From Scyliorhinus canicula (lineage: Eukaryota), in the NCBI RefSeq assembly GCF_902713615.1, contig NC_052162.1, forward strand, positions 127,124,653 to 127,188,652: a DNA stretch of 64,000 nucleotides, written 5' to 3'. The translations under genes were made by a program, and so were the position numbers. The notes below the pieces were generated by a model, which had not been told where the DNA came from, ran no database searches, and saw only the letters and a program-made list of their open reading frames with translations. Positions 49,792 to 62,852 of this stretch are shown here, one piece after another; position 1 is the stretch's first letter; each line of letters opens with the position of its first letter.

Positions 49792-50716
49792 GCCAGCTGT
49801 GGGAGGGAGCTGTGAACCAGCTGTGGGAGGGAGCTGTGAACCAGCTGCGGGCGCAGGAGCAGTGACCCAGCTGTGGGAGCAGGAGCAGTGAGCCAGCTGT
49901 GGGAGCAGGAGCTGTGAGCCAGCTGTGGGAGCAGGAGCTGTGAACCAGCTGTGGGAGCAGGAGCTGGGAACCAGCTGTGGGAGCAGGAGCTGTGAAGCAG
50001 CTGTGGGAGCAGGAGCTGGGAACCAGCTGTGGGAGCAGGAGCTGTGAACCAGCTGTGGGAGCAGGAGCTGGGAACCAGCTGTGGGACCCGGAGCTGTGAA
50101 CCAGCTGTGGGAGCAGGAGCTGGGAACCAGCTGTGGGAGCAGGAGCAGTAAGCCAGCTGTGGGAGCAGGAGCAGTGAGCCAGCTGTGGGAGCAGGAGCAG
50201 TGACCCAGCTGTGGGAGCAGGAGCTGTGAACCAGCTGTGGGAGCAGGAGCTGTGAACCAGCTGTGGGAGCAGGAGCAGTGAACCAGCTGTGGGAGCAGGA
50301 GCAGTGAACCAGCTGTGGGAGCAGGAGCAGTGAACCAGCTGTGGGAGCAGGAGCTGGGAACCAGCTGTGGGAGCAGGAGCTGTGAACCAGCTGTGGGACC
50401 CAGGAGCTGTGAACCAGCTGTGGGAGCAGGAGCTGTGAACCAGCTGTGGGAGCAGGAGCTGGGAACCAGCTGTGGGAGCAGGAGCTGTGAACCAGCTGTG
50501 GGAGCAGGAGCTGTGAACCAGCTGCGGGCGCAGGAGCAGTGAACCAGCTGTGGGAGCAGGAGCTGGGAACCAGCTGTGGGAGCAGGAGCTGGGAACCAGC
50601 TGTGGGAGCAGGAGCTGTGAACCAGCTGTGGGACCAGGAGCTGTGAACCAGCTGTGGGAGCAGGAGCTGGGAACCAGCTGTGGGACCAGGAGCTGTGAAC
50701 CAGCTGTGGGAGCAGG
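49792..50716. repeat. 26-bp minisatellite, about 35 units
   Basis: Same unit as 14670-15190. Confidence 0.95.
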
Positions 50717-51398
50717 AACCTAGAGGGCCATGAGGAATCAGGGGTGTTCCTAATATTTAAATCCCTCAGGAGGAAGGGAGTGAAGCTCACGCTTGGACTG
50801 AGGAATCAACAATTTATCTGAATGGTATCATTTTTTTCAGTCAGGGTATCGACTTAAAACTCTTTCCTCAGTCAGTGCACTGGAACACTACCACTCGATT
50901 GTCTGTCTCGATGCTGTTCCTTCACATTGATGCTTAATATCATTGGAAACAGACAGAATAGCCAAACATTTATCCTTCTAGATTCAAAGGCCAATGGTAT
51001 GTCGGTTCTCAGAATCTGATATTGAATTTTTGATATGTTTGGTGTGAGATTTCTGTCTGTACGCTCCTTCTGATAGACGATAAAAGGAGTTTACTATAAA
51101 TCATCACTGTCAGTACATAATAGAAATTTAGAACAGACAATTTAGTTTCTATAGAACATTTCTTCCTATTATTCCCTAAAAGCTGTAAATGTCCATCCCA
51201 CACACTCTCCCTCCATTCTCACCCTCCTGTATCTAATATTCACCCTCCCAATTCTCCTGAAGGTGCTGATTCAGGCTGATTGACAGATCCATGCTCACTG
51301 CTTCCTGTCCTGAACACAGAGACCTGAAAATCTTCCTGCAGGCTGCCAGACAGATGTATGTCTACATTACTGGACAGAGAATGTGTGTAATATACAGA

Positions 51399-52022
51399 CT
51401 GGATTCACTTCCTTTCCCTTCAGTTGCTGCAAGTCCCCAATGTCCCCCCAGAATGAGGAAAGAAATGGAAAGGGGGAGACATTGATTTCCTCCCAGATGT
51501 TGCAGAGGAGGAAGTTTTAGTCAAACTTCCGGATTGTGACGTCACAGGGGAGCCTTGCCAGGATCAGCCAATAGGAATCACTGTGCTCCGTGGTGACGTC
51601 TCCGGGTTCCATTGCGCAGGCTCAGCGCGGACACAGGAGCCACGCCCCCACACATTGTTCCCCGCCCACCTCCTCCAGACAAGGTTTCCAGGCAACCGGC
51701 TGACGGCTCCGGCCAGAGCGAGAAGCCGCTCAGTGACCTTCCCCTTCCCCGGGACTGCGCATGTGCTGGTGTGTGCCCGCCCCTGACCTTCCGGCTGAGG
51801 TATTGACCAATGGGAACGTTGGAGGACCGGAAGGACTCTTCGTTCAGATCAAAATTCGGACTTCCGGTGTCTGAAAATGGCGCTTCACACAGACTGAAAC
51901 CTCCTCCTGTCTCCTACATCTGTGAGTAAAACACTTTCTTTTCTCCCCCTTTCCATTTCTTTTCTCATTCTCACCTTCAATTGGTCACTTGCAGCAACTG
52001 AAGGGAAAGGAAGTGAATCCAG
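51399..52022. promoter_or_regulatory. Bidirectional promoter cassette P5; donor at 51922
   Basis: Full motif set and inverted arms. Confidence 0.82.
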
Positions 52023-52257
52023 GGAGGGTGCAGACTCTGCAAAGCTTGGCCCAGGTCTCTCTCTCTCTTAAAGACATTGACATCCTTTGCTCCCTCAGCT
52101 TGACACATTTATTTGTCTGGCTAAAAGGAAGGTCTCTTTCCTAATGTTCACAATTAAAGAGCTGCTTTCCCCAGGAAATGGATGACATTTAAGGGCACAG
52201 GAAAATAATTTTTAAAGATTCATTCATGGGATGCAGTTGTCGCTTGTTTGGTCAGCA

Positions 52258-52785
52258 TTTATATCGGAGACCAAACGTAGACTGGATAATCGCTTGGCTG
52301 AGCATCTTCGGTCTGTTCGCAAACAAAACCCTGACCTTCCTGTTGCTGGCCATTTTAACAGAAGACCCAGCTCCCATGCCCACATGTCTGTCCTTGGCCT
52401 GCGGCCATGTTCCAGTGAAGCTCAACGCAATCTGGAGGAGCAACATCTTACCTTCCAGTCTCAACATCAAATTCAACAACTTCAGATGATTAGCTCCACC
52501 CCACCTTCACCCCTTTTTTTCATTCCATTTCACTTTAACTTTCTTTTATCTTTTATTTATTTCTTGTCTTTCCTTATATATATCCCCCCCCCGCTCTTTT
52601 CCCCTATCTTCACCCCCCCTTTATTTACCTTTTCTCCCCCTTGCTTCCCCTTCCACCCTTTTTCTCATTTTCCCTCTCTCCCACACATGTCCCCCCTGCC
52701 CCCACATCTGCATCTGTCACAGCTTACTCTCTGATTTTAGTTTCTCTGCTGTTTGGCCTTTCACACCTTTTATTCTCTCTGGGGG
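52258..52785 (+). mobile_element. Penelope-like element fragment (GIY-YIG endonuclease C-terminus and pyrimidine-rich 3' region)
   Basis: YIG/ETKRRLDNRLAEHLRSV...PVAGHFN...NLEEQHL...LNIKFNNFR. Confidence 0.82.
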
Positions 52786-52984
52786 CTGGGTGTTGGTTAT
52801 TTATAATGTTGTTTGATTTTTCTTCTGCTTTTGTTTGTTTCCATGAAAATGCCTGAATAAAATATATTTTAAAAAATGAATGGAGAAACAGGCTTGAAGG
52901 GCCAAATGGCCTCCTGCTTCTATTTCCTTTTTATGTTTCTACGTATTGAAGGGGGCCATCTGGGATGGGCTGGGTACAGGAGTT

Positions 52985-55190
52985 AAGTGGAGAAGATGAC
53001 AGATGGGAGAGGGGATTTCAGGCATAAGCCTTCGGTAAGGTTGGTACCCTGGAACGTCCGGGGACTGAATGGGCCGGTTAAAAGGTCGCGGGTCTTCGCT
53101 CACCTCAGGAACTTGAAAGGGGGGGGGGTGGTGTTTCTGCAGGAAGGACCTCGTCAGGTTACGGAAGGGGTGGGTCGGGCAGGTTTTCCATTCGGGGTTT
53201 GATTTGAAATCGAGGGGAGTGGTGATTTTAATGAACAGCTGGTGGTGTTGGTAAACGTGGATGCACCAAATTGGGATGATGTGGGTTTTATAAGAGGGTT
53301 GGTGGCAGCAATCCCGGATTTGGCCACGCAGCAGTTGATCGTGGGAGGAGATTTTAACTGTGTCCGGGGTTTGATCCGGGGTTGTTGTCGGATGGAGGTT
53401 TTTGTGATAAGGTGCAGGTGGTGATTAAGGAGCATGTGGAGTTCAAAGATCATAGAATGTATAGTGCAGAAGGAGGCCATTCAGCCCATCGAGTCTGCAC
53501 CGGCTCCTGGAAAGAGCACCCTACCCAAGGTTAACACCTCCACCCTATCCCCATAACCCAGTAACCCCACCCAACACTAAGGGACACTAAGGGGCAATTT
53601 AGCATGGCCAATCTACCTAACCTGCACATCTTTGGACTGTGGGAGGAAACCGGAGCACCCGGAGGAAACCCACGCACACACGGGGAGGACGTGCAGACTC
53701 CGCACAGACAGTGACCCAAGCCGGAATCGAACCTGGGACCCTGGAGCTGTGAAGCGATTATGCTATCCACAATGCTACCGTGCTGCCCCACAGTGTCAGA
53801 ATGGGGAGGTATTGGCAGCTACTTTCTGGGAAGCAATGAAGGCAGTGGCCAGTTTTGGGGGGGGGGGGGGGGATTATTTTGTTTGAGACTCGTGTGGATA
53901 GGGAAAGGACGGAGGAAAATGACCGTCTAGTGAGCGAGATAGTGGAGGTGGATAGGGAGTATTCGAGGATGCCCACCGCGGAGGGAATGGCGTGGAGGAA
54001 AAAATTGCAGAGGCAGTTTGACAGGCTGACAACGGGGAGGGCAGTAGGGCTATTATGTAAGGCAAGAGGGGAGCAATATGAGTATGGGGAGAAGGCGAGC
54101 CGCATGCTGGCACACCAGCTACAGAGGCAGGCCCACGCAGACATGGGGAGAATGTGCAAACTCCACACGGACAGTGACCCAGAGCCGGGATCGAACCTGG
54201 GATCTCGGTGCTGCGAGGCACTGGTGTTAATCACTGTGCCACCGTGTTGCCCTCATGAGGGGTCTAGTTTGAGGACTATGGTGACGGCAGCGTTACCAAT
54301 CGCTCCGAGTAGGTATTCAGGGGGCCCGGTGGTGTAGTGCACGGTGACGATATGGGATCAGTTGAAGAGGCATTTTAGGGTGGAAGGGATGTCGGTGTTA
54401 ACGCCGCTGTGTGAGAATAATGGGTTTGAGCCGGGGGGTTGGGTGGATAGTGTATGGTTGAGGTGGAGGGAGGTGGGGCTGGTCAAGGTAAGGGATCTGT
54501 ATTTGGAGGAAGGGTTCACCAGTCTTGAGGTGCTAGGGGAGAGGGTAGAGCTGCCGAGGGAGAGTGAGTTCAGCTATCTGCAGGTTAGGGACTTTGCGGG
54601 AAAGGTCTGGAAGGGGTTCCTTAGGTTGCCTGGATACACCCTGCTGGAGCGACTGCTGTTTCCGGATGTGAAAGGGGAGGGAAGAATTGGGGATATATAC
54701 AAGTGGCTGGGGGAGCAGGAAGGCGAGCTGGTGTTGAAGATCAAGGAGAAATGGCGAGGAGAGATCAATTGGGGAGTATGGAGTGAGGCACTGTGAAGGG
54801 CAAACAAGACCTCCTCTTGTGCAAGGATGATCCTGATACAGTTTAAAGTGGTGGGTGCAAATGAGTCGGATGAGAATGTGTGGGTTCTTTCAGGAGTGTG
54901 TGTGAGGAGTGTGGGCGGGGGCCAGCGAATCACGTGCACATGTTTTGGGCTTGTGTATAATTGGGAAGATTCTGGGCGGGAGTGTTTGTGGTCTTGGCCA
55001 GGATAGTGGAGGATGAGGAGGTGGACCCGGACCCTTTGGTGGCGATATTTGGGGTCTCAGAGAAGCCGGAGCTCACGGAGAGGAGGAAAGCCAATTTCGT
55101 CACCTTCGCCTCTCTGATTTATGGCGGCCAATTTTGTTTCCCGGGCTGTTTATTTGCTATAACCTGTTTTAATACATGTTTGTGATGAAA
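52985..55190 (+). mobile_element. Heavily deleted L1/Tx1 ORF2 (endonuclease to C-terminus) with two nested - strand SINEs (about 53450-53790, 54131-54252)
   Basis: WNVRGLNGPVKR, LIVGGDFNCV, YEYGEKASRMLAHQL, FSYLQVRDF, PLVAIFG. Confidence 0.85.
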
Positions 55191-56576
55191 TACAAAAACC
55201 AGTTGGGTTTTTCCGACAATCGGCAATGGTTCCATGGTCATCATCAGACTTTTAATTCCAGACTTTTACTGAATTCAAATTGCACCATCTGCTGTGGTGG
55301 GATTTGAACCCTGCTCCCCAGAGCATTTACAAAGCATCTGCTGTGACAAAGAGTCATCCAGACTGGAAATGTTAGCTCCCTTCTCTCCCCACAGATATTG
55401 TCAGACCTGCTGCGATTGTCCAGTATTTTCTGTTTTTGTTTCAGATTCCAGCATCTGCAGTAATTTGCTGTTCTCCCCAGAACATTATCCTGGATCTCTG
55501 GATTACTGATCCAGAGATAATACCACTGCACCATGCGCAGTGGTTAGCACTGTGCCGAAGGACCGGGTTCGATCCCGACCCCGGGTCACTGTCCGTGTGG
55601 AGTTTGCACATTCTCCCCGTGTCTGCGTGGGCCCCACCCGCCTTTTGAAATACTTTGCCTCCCCTTCAGTCATTTAGATTATCTGTCAGTTCCAGATTTC
55701 TCACATCCTCCTCCCACATAGGGTTCAGTATATTGCTCATTATCAGTTCAGTTATATACACAGGGGCCGGTTTAGCTCAGACGGCGCCAACAGTTGGTTC
55801 GAGATGCAGAGCGACACCAACAGCGTGGGTTCAATTCCCGTACTGGCTGAGGTTATTCATGAAGGCCCACTTTCTCAACCTTGCCCCTCGCCTGAGGTGT
55901 GGTGATGGTCAGATTAAATCACCACCAGGCAGCTCTCCCCGCAAAGGGGAAAGCAGACTATGGTCATCTGGGACTATGGCCACTTTGCTATAGATACGAA
56001 TGGAGAAAGGTTTTAAGGTCTGTCTGGGACATGAAACAGTGACCATGGATCTGTTGCTCAAATTAAATCGTACCTTAACAAGAATTGGGAGGATATATAT
56101 TGAGTGGAGTGAGTGTTGGATGACTTTTGGGAAGGAGGATCGAATGTTCATAGAAACTAGAATTGTCTGTTCTGAATGTCTATCCTGTACTGACAGTGAT
56201 GATTGTGTAAACCCCTTTTACAGCATCTCAGAAGGTGAGGATTTACAGACAGAAATCTCAAAGCAAACTTCACGTCAACATCCAACAGCGTCGCTCAATT
56301 CATCGGGACTGGAATATCATCGGCCTTTAAATCGTTTGTTTGTTCTGTCTGCTTCAGAATGCTTTAAACATCAGTGTGACTGGAAAAGCACCGAGACACA
56401 CACACACCCGAGTGAGAGTGTTCCAGAGCACTGACTGTGGAAAGAGCTTTAACCAGTTACACAGCCTGAAAACACATCACATCATTCACAGCGGGGAGAG
56501 ACCGTACACGTGTTCTGTGTGTGGACGAGGCCTCAACTGGGCGGTGAACCTGGAGAGACACAAGGACACCCCCACC

Positions 56577-57347
56577 CTGGAGAAACCGTGGAAATGTGGG
56601 GACTGTGGGAAGGGATTCATAGCCCCATCACGACTGGAAGCTCATCGACGCATTCACACTGGGGAGAGGCCGTTCACCTGCTCTCAGTGTGAGAAGGGAT
56701 TCGCTCACTTATCCAGCCTGCATAGACACCAGCGAGTTCACACTGGAGAGAGGCCGTTCACTTGCTCTGTGTGTGAGAAGGGATTCGCTCACTTATCCAC
56801 CATGCGGACACACCAGCGAGCTCACACTGGGGAGAAGCCATTCACCTGCTCTCAGTGTGGGAAGGGATTCACTCGGTTATCCAGTCTGCGGAAACATCAG
56901 CGAGTTCACACTGTGGAGAAGCCGTTCACCTGCTCTCAGTGTGAGAAGGAATTCGCTCACTTATCCAGCCTGCGGAGACACCAGCGAGTTCACACTGGAG
57001 AGAGGCCGTTCACTTGCTCTGTGTGTGAGAAGGGATTCGCTCACTTATCCACCATGCGGACACACCAGCGAGCTCACACTGGGGAGAAGCCATTCACCTG
57101 CTCTCAGTGTGGGAAGGGATTCACTCGGTTATCCAGTCTGCGGAAACATCAGCGAGTTCACACTGTGGAGAAGCCGTTCACCTGCTCTCAGTGTGAGAAG
57201 GAATTCACTCACTTATCCAACCTGCGGACACACCAGCGAGTTCACACTGGGGAGAGTCCGTTCACCTGCTCCGAGTGTGGGAAAGGATTCACTCGGTCAA
57301 TCTTCCTGCTCAAACACCAGCAAGTTCACATCGGGAAGAGGCTGTGA
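56577..57347 (+). CDS. C2H2 zinc-finger protein F, 9 fingers; start ATG mutated to CTG
   Basis: accCTGG LEKPWKC; frame intact to GKRL*; acceptor ends 56223. May be a young pseudogene. Confidence 0.6.
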   Translation: MEKPWKCGDCGKGFIAPSRLEAHRRIHTGERPFTCSQCEKGFAHLSSLHRHQRVHTGERPFTCSVCEKGFAHLSTMRTHQRAHTGEKPFTCSQCGKGFTRLSSLRKHQRVHTVEKPFTCSQCEKEFAHLSSLRRHQRVHTGERPFTCSVCEKGFAHLSTMRTHQRAHTGEKPFTCSQCGKGFTRLSSLRKHQRVHTVEKPFTCSQCEKEFTHLSNLRTHQRVHTGESPFTCSECGKGFTRSIFLLKHQQVHIGKRL

Positions 57348-58155
57348 TACAATATCTTATTTTATCTTCAAATAAGAATCACAGATCCAGTTGATTGCAG
57401 ATGTCTAAAAATACAACTTTATTTGCTAAATATTCACCTTGATTCTGTTTTTAAAAAAACTTAATAAAAACTTAGATCCAATATCCAAACATAACAATGA
57501 GAGTTAAACGAAAACATAAGAAAACATTAGAAAATCAATAGATTGTACAGAATTTATTCAAGCATATGTTCAGAACAAAATTTGAATCATGAAGCCTTAT
57601 TCTTAATGAAATTCTGATCAATGGTCTAATCCCTCATTTACTCTCATTGGTTTCTAATTCTCAGCTGAAGCTTCCTGATTTATTCAAATATCTGTCTATC
57701 ACTGAGAAAATGATTTGTTACCCAAGCACTGGTCATAACTTAAGATTTACTAATCTTCATCATATTAATTAAATGTCTACGTGCCCCAACACGTGTACTA
57801 ATCCTAAAAATATAAAGTGCTTGCATTAACCTTGCTGTTGCTTAGCTGTGACACTTTTATTACTGAATGTTGCTGTTGCTGAGGCTTTGATACATTTTCA
57901 TTACAGAATGTGTTGAGGAACAATGGTTTATTTCATTACAAGGGGCGTTGATGCAACTTTTCATGAAACAATGTTAGATTCCTGCTTAGCAGTTCTTATT
58001 TATTATCTGAAACAATGACTATCTTTCCACATTAGCTTTGTGGATATTCCATTCTCTGTCTGCGCTGAATTAAGAAATGTACTGCATCAATTCTTAAAGG
58101 TACCAATAAATCAGGAATGCAATAAATCAGTGAATCAGTAAATCAGTAAATATCT
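57345..58155 (-). mobile_element. LTR-like element A copy
   Basis: ggctg|TGATAC...TATCT|ggccg. Confidence 0.7.
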
Positions 58156-61100
58156 GGCCGTTCATCTGTGTGTGTGTGATAGATCTGTACTTTGGTCGAT
58201 ATATCTTATGTGTTGCCGCACGATATATCACCCGACTGAACTTAAAACTGAGCTTCATGTGTGAAGTAAATTGTAGTTTTATTCAGTCAGTTTTCAGATG
58301 TCTCTTGATCAGGTCAGTTTGCTTGCAAATACAGAGTTTTAAAGGTTTGCTTTGTCCAAGCAAGTACAGATGACTGAGTTAAATTCAATACAGATTACAG
58401 CTCTTGATGTTTCCTTCAAGTTAAAATACACGATACAGAGAAGTTGAAAATAGACAACATGGCAGCTTTCAGAGCAAAGCGCAGGAAATAGTTAAAGGCA
58501 ACATAAGTTGATTCCGGAATAATTTGCTCAAAATGGGCACCGATTTTTAAGGTAATTGCTATTGCTAATGTTCTGGCCCCTTTCTGTCTGTGATTGGGTC
58601 ATAATAATTATAGTTCATTTTATTCGATAGAAATGGCTGTCCATCACATTTTTAGTATGGGGTGACTGTAACATCTCGTTCCCACCACACGTTATCAGTT
58701 CTCATGACCACTGAACGAGGAACTTTGCCCAGATTCACAAACCAACGAATGAGTGTGTCTGCGGTTTTAATCTAACCATTCTCATGCTATTCTGCTGTTT
58801 TCACTGCCTCTGTGTTTGAACTCTGTGACCTTAGTGAACCATTTTGATCCTGAATCACTTTATATAGCCATTTTGATTTTGAACCATTTCTTCCTTTTAA
58901 ACTTATTATATATTAAAACCAGATTTCTATCAGTGTGGAAAGGGTTTTCCCTGTTATCCACCCTGCGCAGCTACCAGCGAGTTCACGATTGATGACAGGG
59001 GTTGGACTCGGCTGTTATTGCTGCTGTTAATCACACCCAGGACTGAACCATGTTCATTCTGACACTTGGTGAAGTGGGAGGGTCGGAGGGTTTCTCTCTG
59101 CTGGACTCAGTGAGGGGGCTGAGGAGATTTACGAGAACGGCACCAGGAATGAGGGACTGCAGTTAGTTGGAGAGAGTGGAGCAGCTGAAATTGTTCTCTT
59201 CAGACCATAGAGTAATTCGGGAAGAGATGGAGGCCATTCAGCCCATTGACTCGATGCTGGCTCTCTGTGCAAAAAACTGGTCAGTTCCATTTCCCTAAAG
59301 TGCCCATCCAAATTTCATTTTGAAATAGTTCAGGGTGTCTGCTTCCACCATCCTCACGGGCTGCGAGTTCCAGGTCATTACCACTCGCCGTGCACCTCCC
59401 TCCATACCTGCCCTAAAGTGTGTGTCCCCCTCGTCCTTGTCCCATCAGCTAATGGGAGCAGCTTTTGTTTGTCTTGTCCACCTATATCCAATCTCCCCTC
59501 AACCTCCTCTGCTCCAAAGTGAACAATCCCGGCTTCTCCGTCTGAGCCTTGTGGTTGAAATCCCTCCTCCGTAGAACCACCGAACCATTGAAAAGTTACA
59601 GCCCAGACAGAGACCATTCTAGTGGTTTAGCACAGGGCTAAATCGCTGGCTTTGAAAGCCGGCTGGCAGCACGGTTCATTTCCCGTACCAGCCTCCCCGA
59701 ACAGGTGCCGGAATGTGGCGACGAGGGGCTTTTCACAGTAACTTCATTTGAAGCCGACTTTCTTTTCATTTCATTCGTTCCATCTTGTCCATACCAGCCA
59801 GACGAAACCCAGGTGCCCTTTCTAATCCCTGCTTCCTGCCTCCGGCCCATAGCCCTGTAGCTTATGCCCCTGGATCTCAAACAACAATGAGTCAGTACAG
59901 GAGGGAGATAGAGAACTTAGTAGCATAGTGCAACATCAACAATCTCTCCCTCAATGTCAGCAAAACTAAGGAGCTGGTCATCAACTTCAGGAAGCAAAGT
60001 ATCGTCCACACCCCTGTCTGCAACAATGGTGACGAGGTGGAGATGTTTGACAGCTTCAAATTCCTAGGTGTGCAAATCATCAACAATCTGTCCTGGTCCA
60101 TGCACATCGACGTTACAACCAAGAAAACACAACAGTGCGTATACGTCCTCGGAAAAGTAAGGAAACTCGGCCTGTCCACATTGACTCTGACCAATTTTTA
60201 CAGATGCACATCTGGCTGCATCACAGCCTGGCATTGCAACTGCTCGGCCCAAGACCATAAGAAACCACAGAGAATTGTGTAATAAGCTGTGCACAAAGGA
60301 CACATTTCATATTATCAAGCATGTAATTTGTGTAAGCACAGTTGCATTTCGACATATGACAGTTTAAAATTATGATGCAGATCATGTTTTGTAAGACGCA
60401 GTTACATTTCTATGTAAACGTATAACAGTTCCAGAGTAAGGGGGATGTGTTGAAATGCCTGTGCACAGTTCTGTCCATAGTTAGATATGCAACCTCCAAC
60501 CAGCTGGTGGTGATAGAGATCCATCATGTGACTCGAGACACCCGCCTGTTGGCAGTGAGGAGGACAAGAAGATGGTCACACTGAGAGTAGCTGCAGGAGA
60601 ATTCACTGAATTTGTTTATTAGTCATTGTCTGAATTGTAGTTTGTTATTTTTCTTTCCACGTGTTTGTTGGTAAATCACCTTTCCAGTGAAAGAACCAGA
60701 TGTTCTGTGTCCATCGTTACCACGGCCATAACACAGAACACAACAACCTTTAGTTTGAGAATTGGTTTTCTTTTAAATTTAAGATAAATGGAAATTCTGG
60801 ATTTGATAAAAAACACCCTCAGGGAATTCACAATCACAAGGTGTGGCCCATGTTGACTGAAAATGAAATGAAATGAAATGAAAATCGCTTATTGTCACGA
60901 GTAGGCTTCAATGAAGTTACTGTGAAAAGCCCCTCGTCGCCACATTCTGGCGCCTGCTCGGTGGAGGCTGGTATGGGAATCGAACCGTGCTGCTGGCCTG
61001 CTTGGTCTGCTTTAAGAGCCAGCGATTGAGCTCAGTGAGCTAAACCAGCCCCTGTCAAAGAAGAAGAAGTCAAAGCTGGAAGGGTAAGATCTGTAAAAGG

Positions 61101-61365
61101 GCAGCTGGGCTATTTTAGCCGGAGACCTGGAGACATCGGGTCTGACAATTACTGCCCTGTCTTTGTTACAGAGGTGAATTCTTCATGCAGACCTCAGGGT
61201 CGAAAGGTTTGGTTTTGAAGCTAAAAGTCGATTAATTTGTACATCTGTTGGACATCATAACAAGTCTGTGTTACCATGGGGATCAGTGATTCAGGGTGGA
61301 GCCTTGGTTGAAATTCTGGGTGTTTCTCACAGAAAGCAGGCAGTCTGCAGTTAGCGTGGAAGCAG

Positions 61366-61880
61366 CCAGCTGTGGGAGCAGGAGCTGTGAACCAGCTGTG
61401 GGAGCAGGAGCTGGGAACCAGCTGGGGGAGCAGGAGCTGGGAACCAGCTGTGGGAGCAGGAGCTGTGAACCAGCTGTGGGAGCAGGAGCGGGGAACCAGC
61501 TGTGGGAGCAGGAGCTGTGAACCAGCTGTGGGAGCAGGAGCTGTGGGAGCAGGAGCTGTGGGAGCAGGAGCTGTGAACCAGCTGTGGGTCCAGGAGCTGT
61601 GACCCAGCTGTGGGAGCAGGAGCTGTGTACCAGCTGTGGGAGCAGGAGCTGTGAACCAGCTGTGGGAGCAGGAGCTGTGAGCCAGCTGTGGGAGCAGGAG
61701 CTGTGAACCAGCTGTGGGAGCAGGAGCTGTGAACCAGCTGTGGGAGCAGGAGCTGTGAACCAGCTGTGGGAGCAGGAGCTGTGAACCGGCTGTGGGAGCA
61801 GGAGCTGTGGACCGGCTGTGGGAGCAGGAGCTGTGAACCGGCTGTGGGAGCAGGAGCTGTGAATCGGCTGTGGGAGCAGG
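61366..61880. repeat. 26-bp minisatellite, about 20 units
   Basis: Same unit as 14670-15190. Confidence 0.95.
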
Positions 61881-62420
61881 AACCTAGAGGGCCATGAGGA
61901 ATCAGGGGTGTTCCTAATGTTTAAATCCCTCAGGAGGAAGGGAGTGAAGCTCACGCTTGGACTGAGGAGTCAACAATTTATCTGAATGGTATCATTTTTT
62001 TCAGCCAAGGTTACTACTTAAAGCTCTTTCCTCAGTCAGTGCACTGGATCACCCCCACTCGATTGTCTGTTTGTCTTGATGCTGTTCCTTCATATTGATG
62101 CTTAATATCATTGGAAACAGACAGAATAGCCAAACATTTATCCTTCTAGATTCAAAGGCCAATGGTATGTAGGTTCTCAGAATCTGACATTGAATTTTTG
62201 ATATGTTTGGTGTGAGATTTCTGTCTGTACTCTCCTTCTGATAGCCGATAAAAGGAGTTTACTATAAATCATCACATCAGTACATAATAGAAATTTAGAA
62301 CAGACAATTTAGTTTCTATAGAACATTTCTTCCTCTCATTCCCCAAAAGCTCTAAATCTCCATCCCACACACTCTCCCTCCATTCTCACTCTGCTCTATC
62401 TAATATTCACCCTCCCAATT

Positions 62421-62703
62421 CCCGGCTGGGTCACTGTCTGTGTGGAGTCTGCACGTCCTCCCCCTGTGTGCGTGGGTTTCCTCCGGGTGCTCCGGTTTCC
62501 TCCCACAGTCCAAAGATGTGCGGGTTAGGTGGATTGGCCATGCTAAATTGCCCGTAGTGTCCTAATAAAAAGTAAGGTTAAGGGGGGGTTGTTGGGTTAC
62601 GGGTATAGGGTGGATACGTAGGTTTGAGTAGGGTGATCATGGCTCGGCACAACATTGAGGGCCGAAGGGCCTGTTCTGTACTGTACTGTTCTATGTTCTA
62701 TGT
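62421..62703 (+). mobile_element. 5'-truncated HE1-like SINE with CR1-type tail
   Basis: Flanked by aatt; absent in the five other left flanks; tail matches 1200-1250. Confidence 0.85.
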
Positions 62704-62852
62704 AATTCTCCTGAAGGTGCTGATTCAGGCTGATTGACAAATCCCTGCTCACTGCTTCCTGTCCTGGACACAGAGACCTGAAAATCTTCCTGCAGGCTGC
62801 CAGATAGATGTCTGCCTACATGACTTGTCAGAAAATGTGTGTAATATACAGA

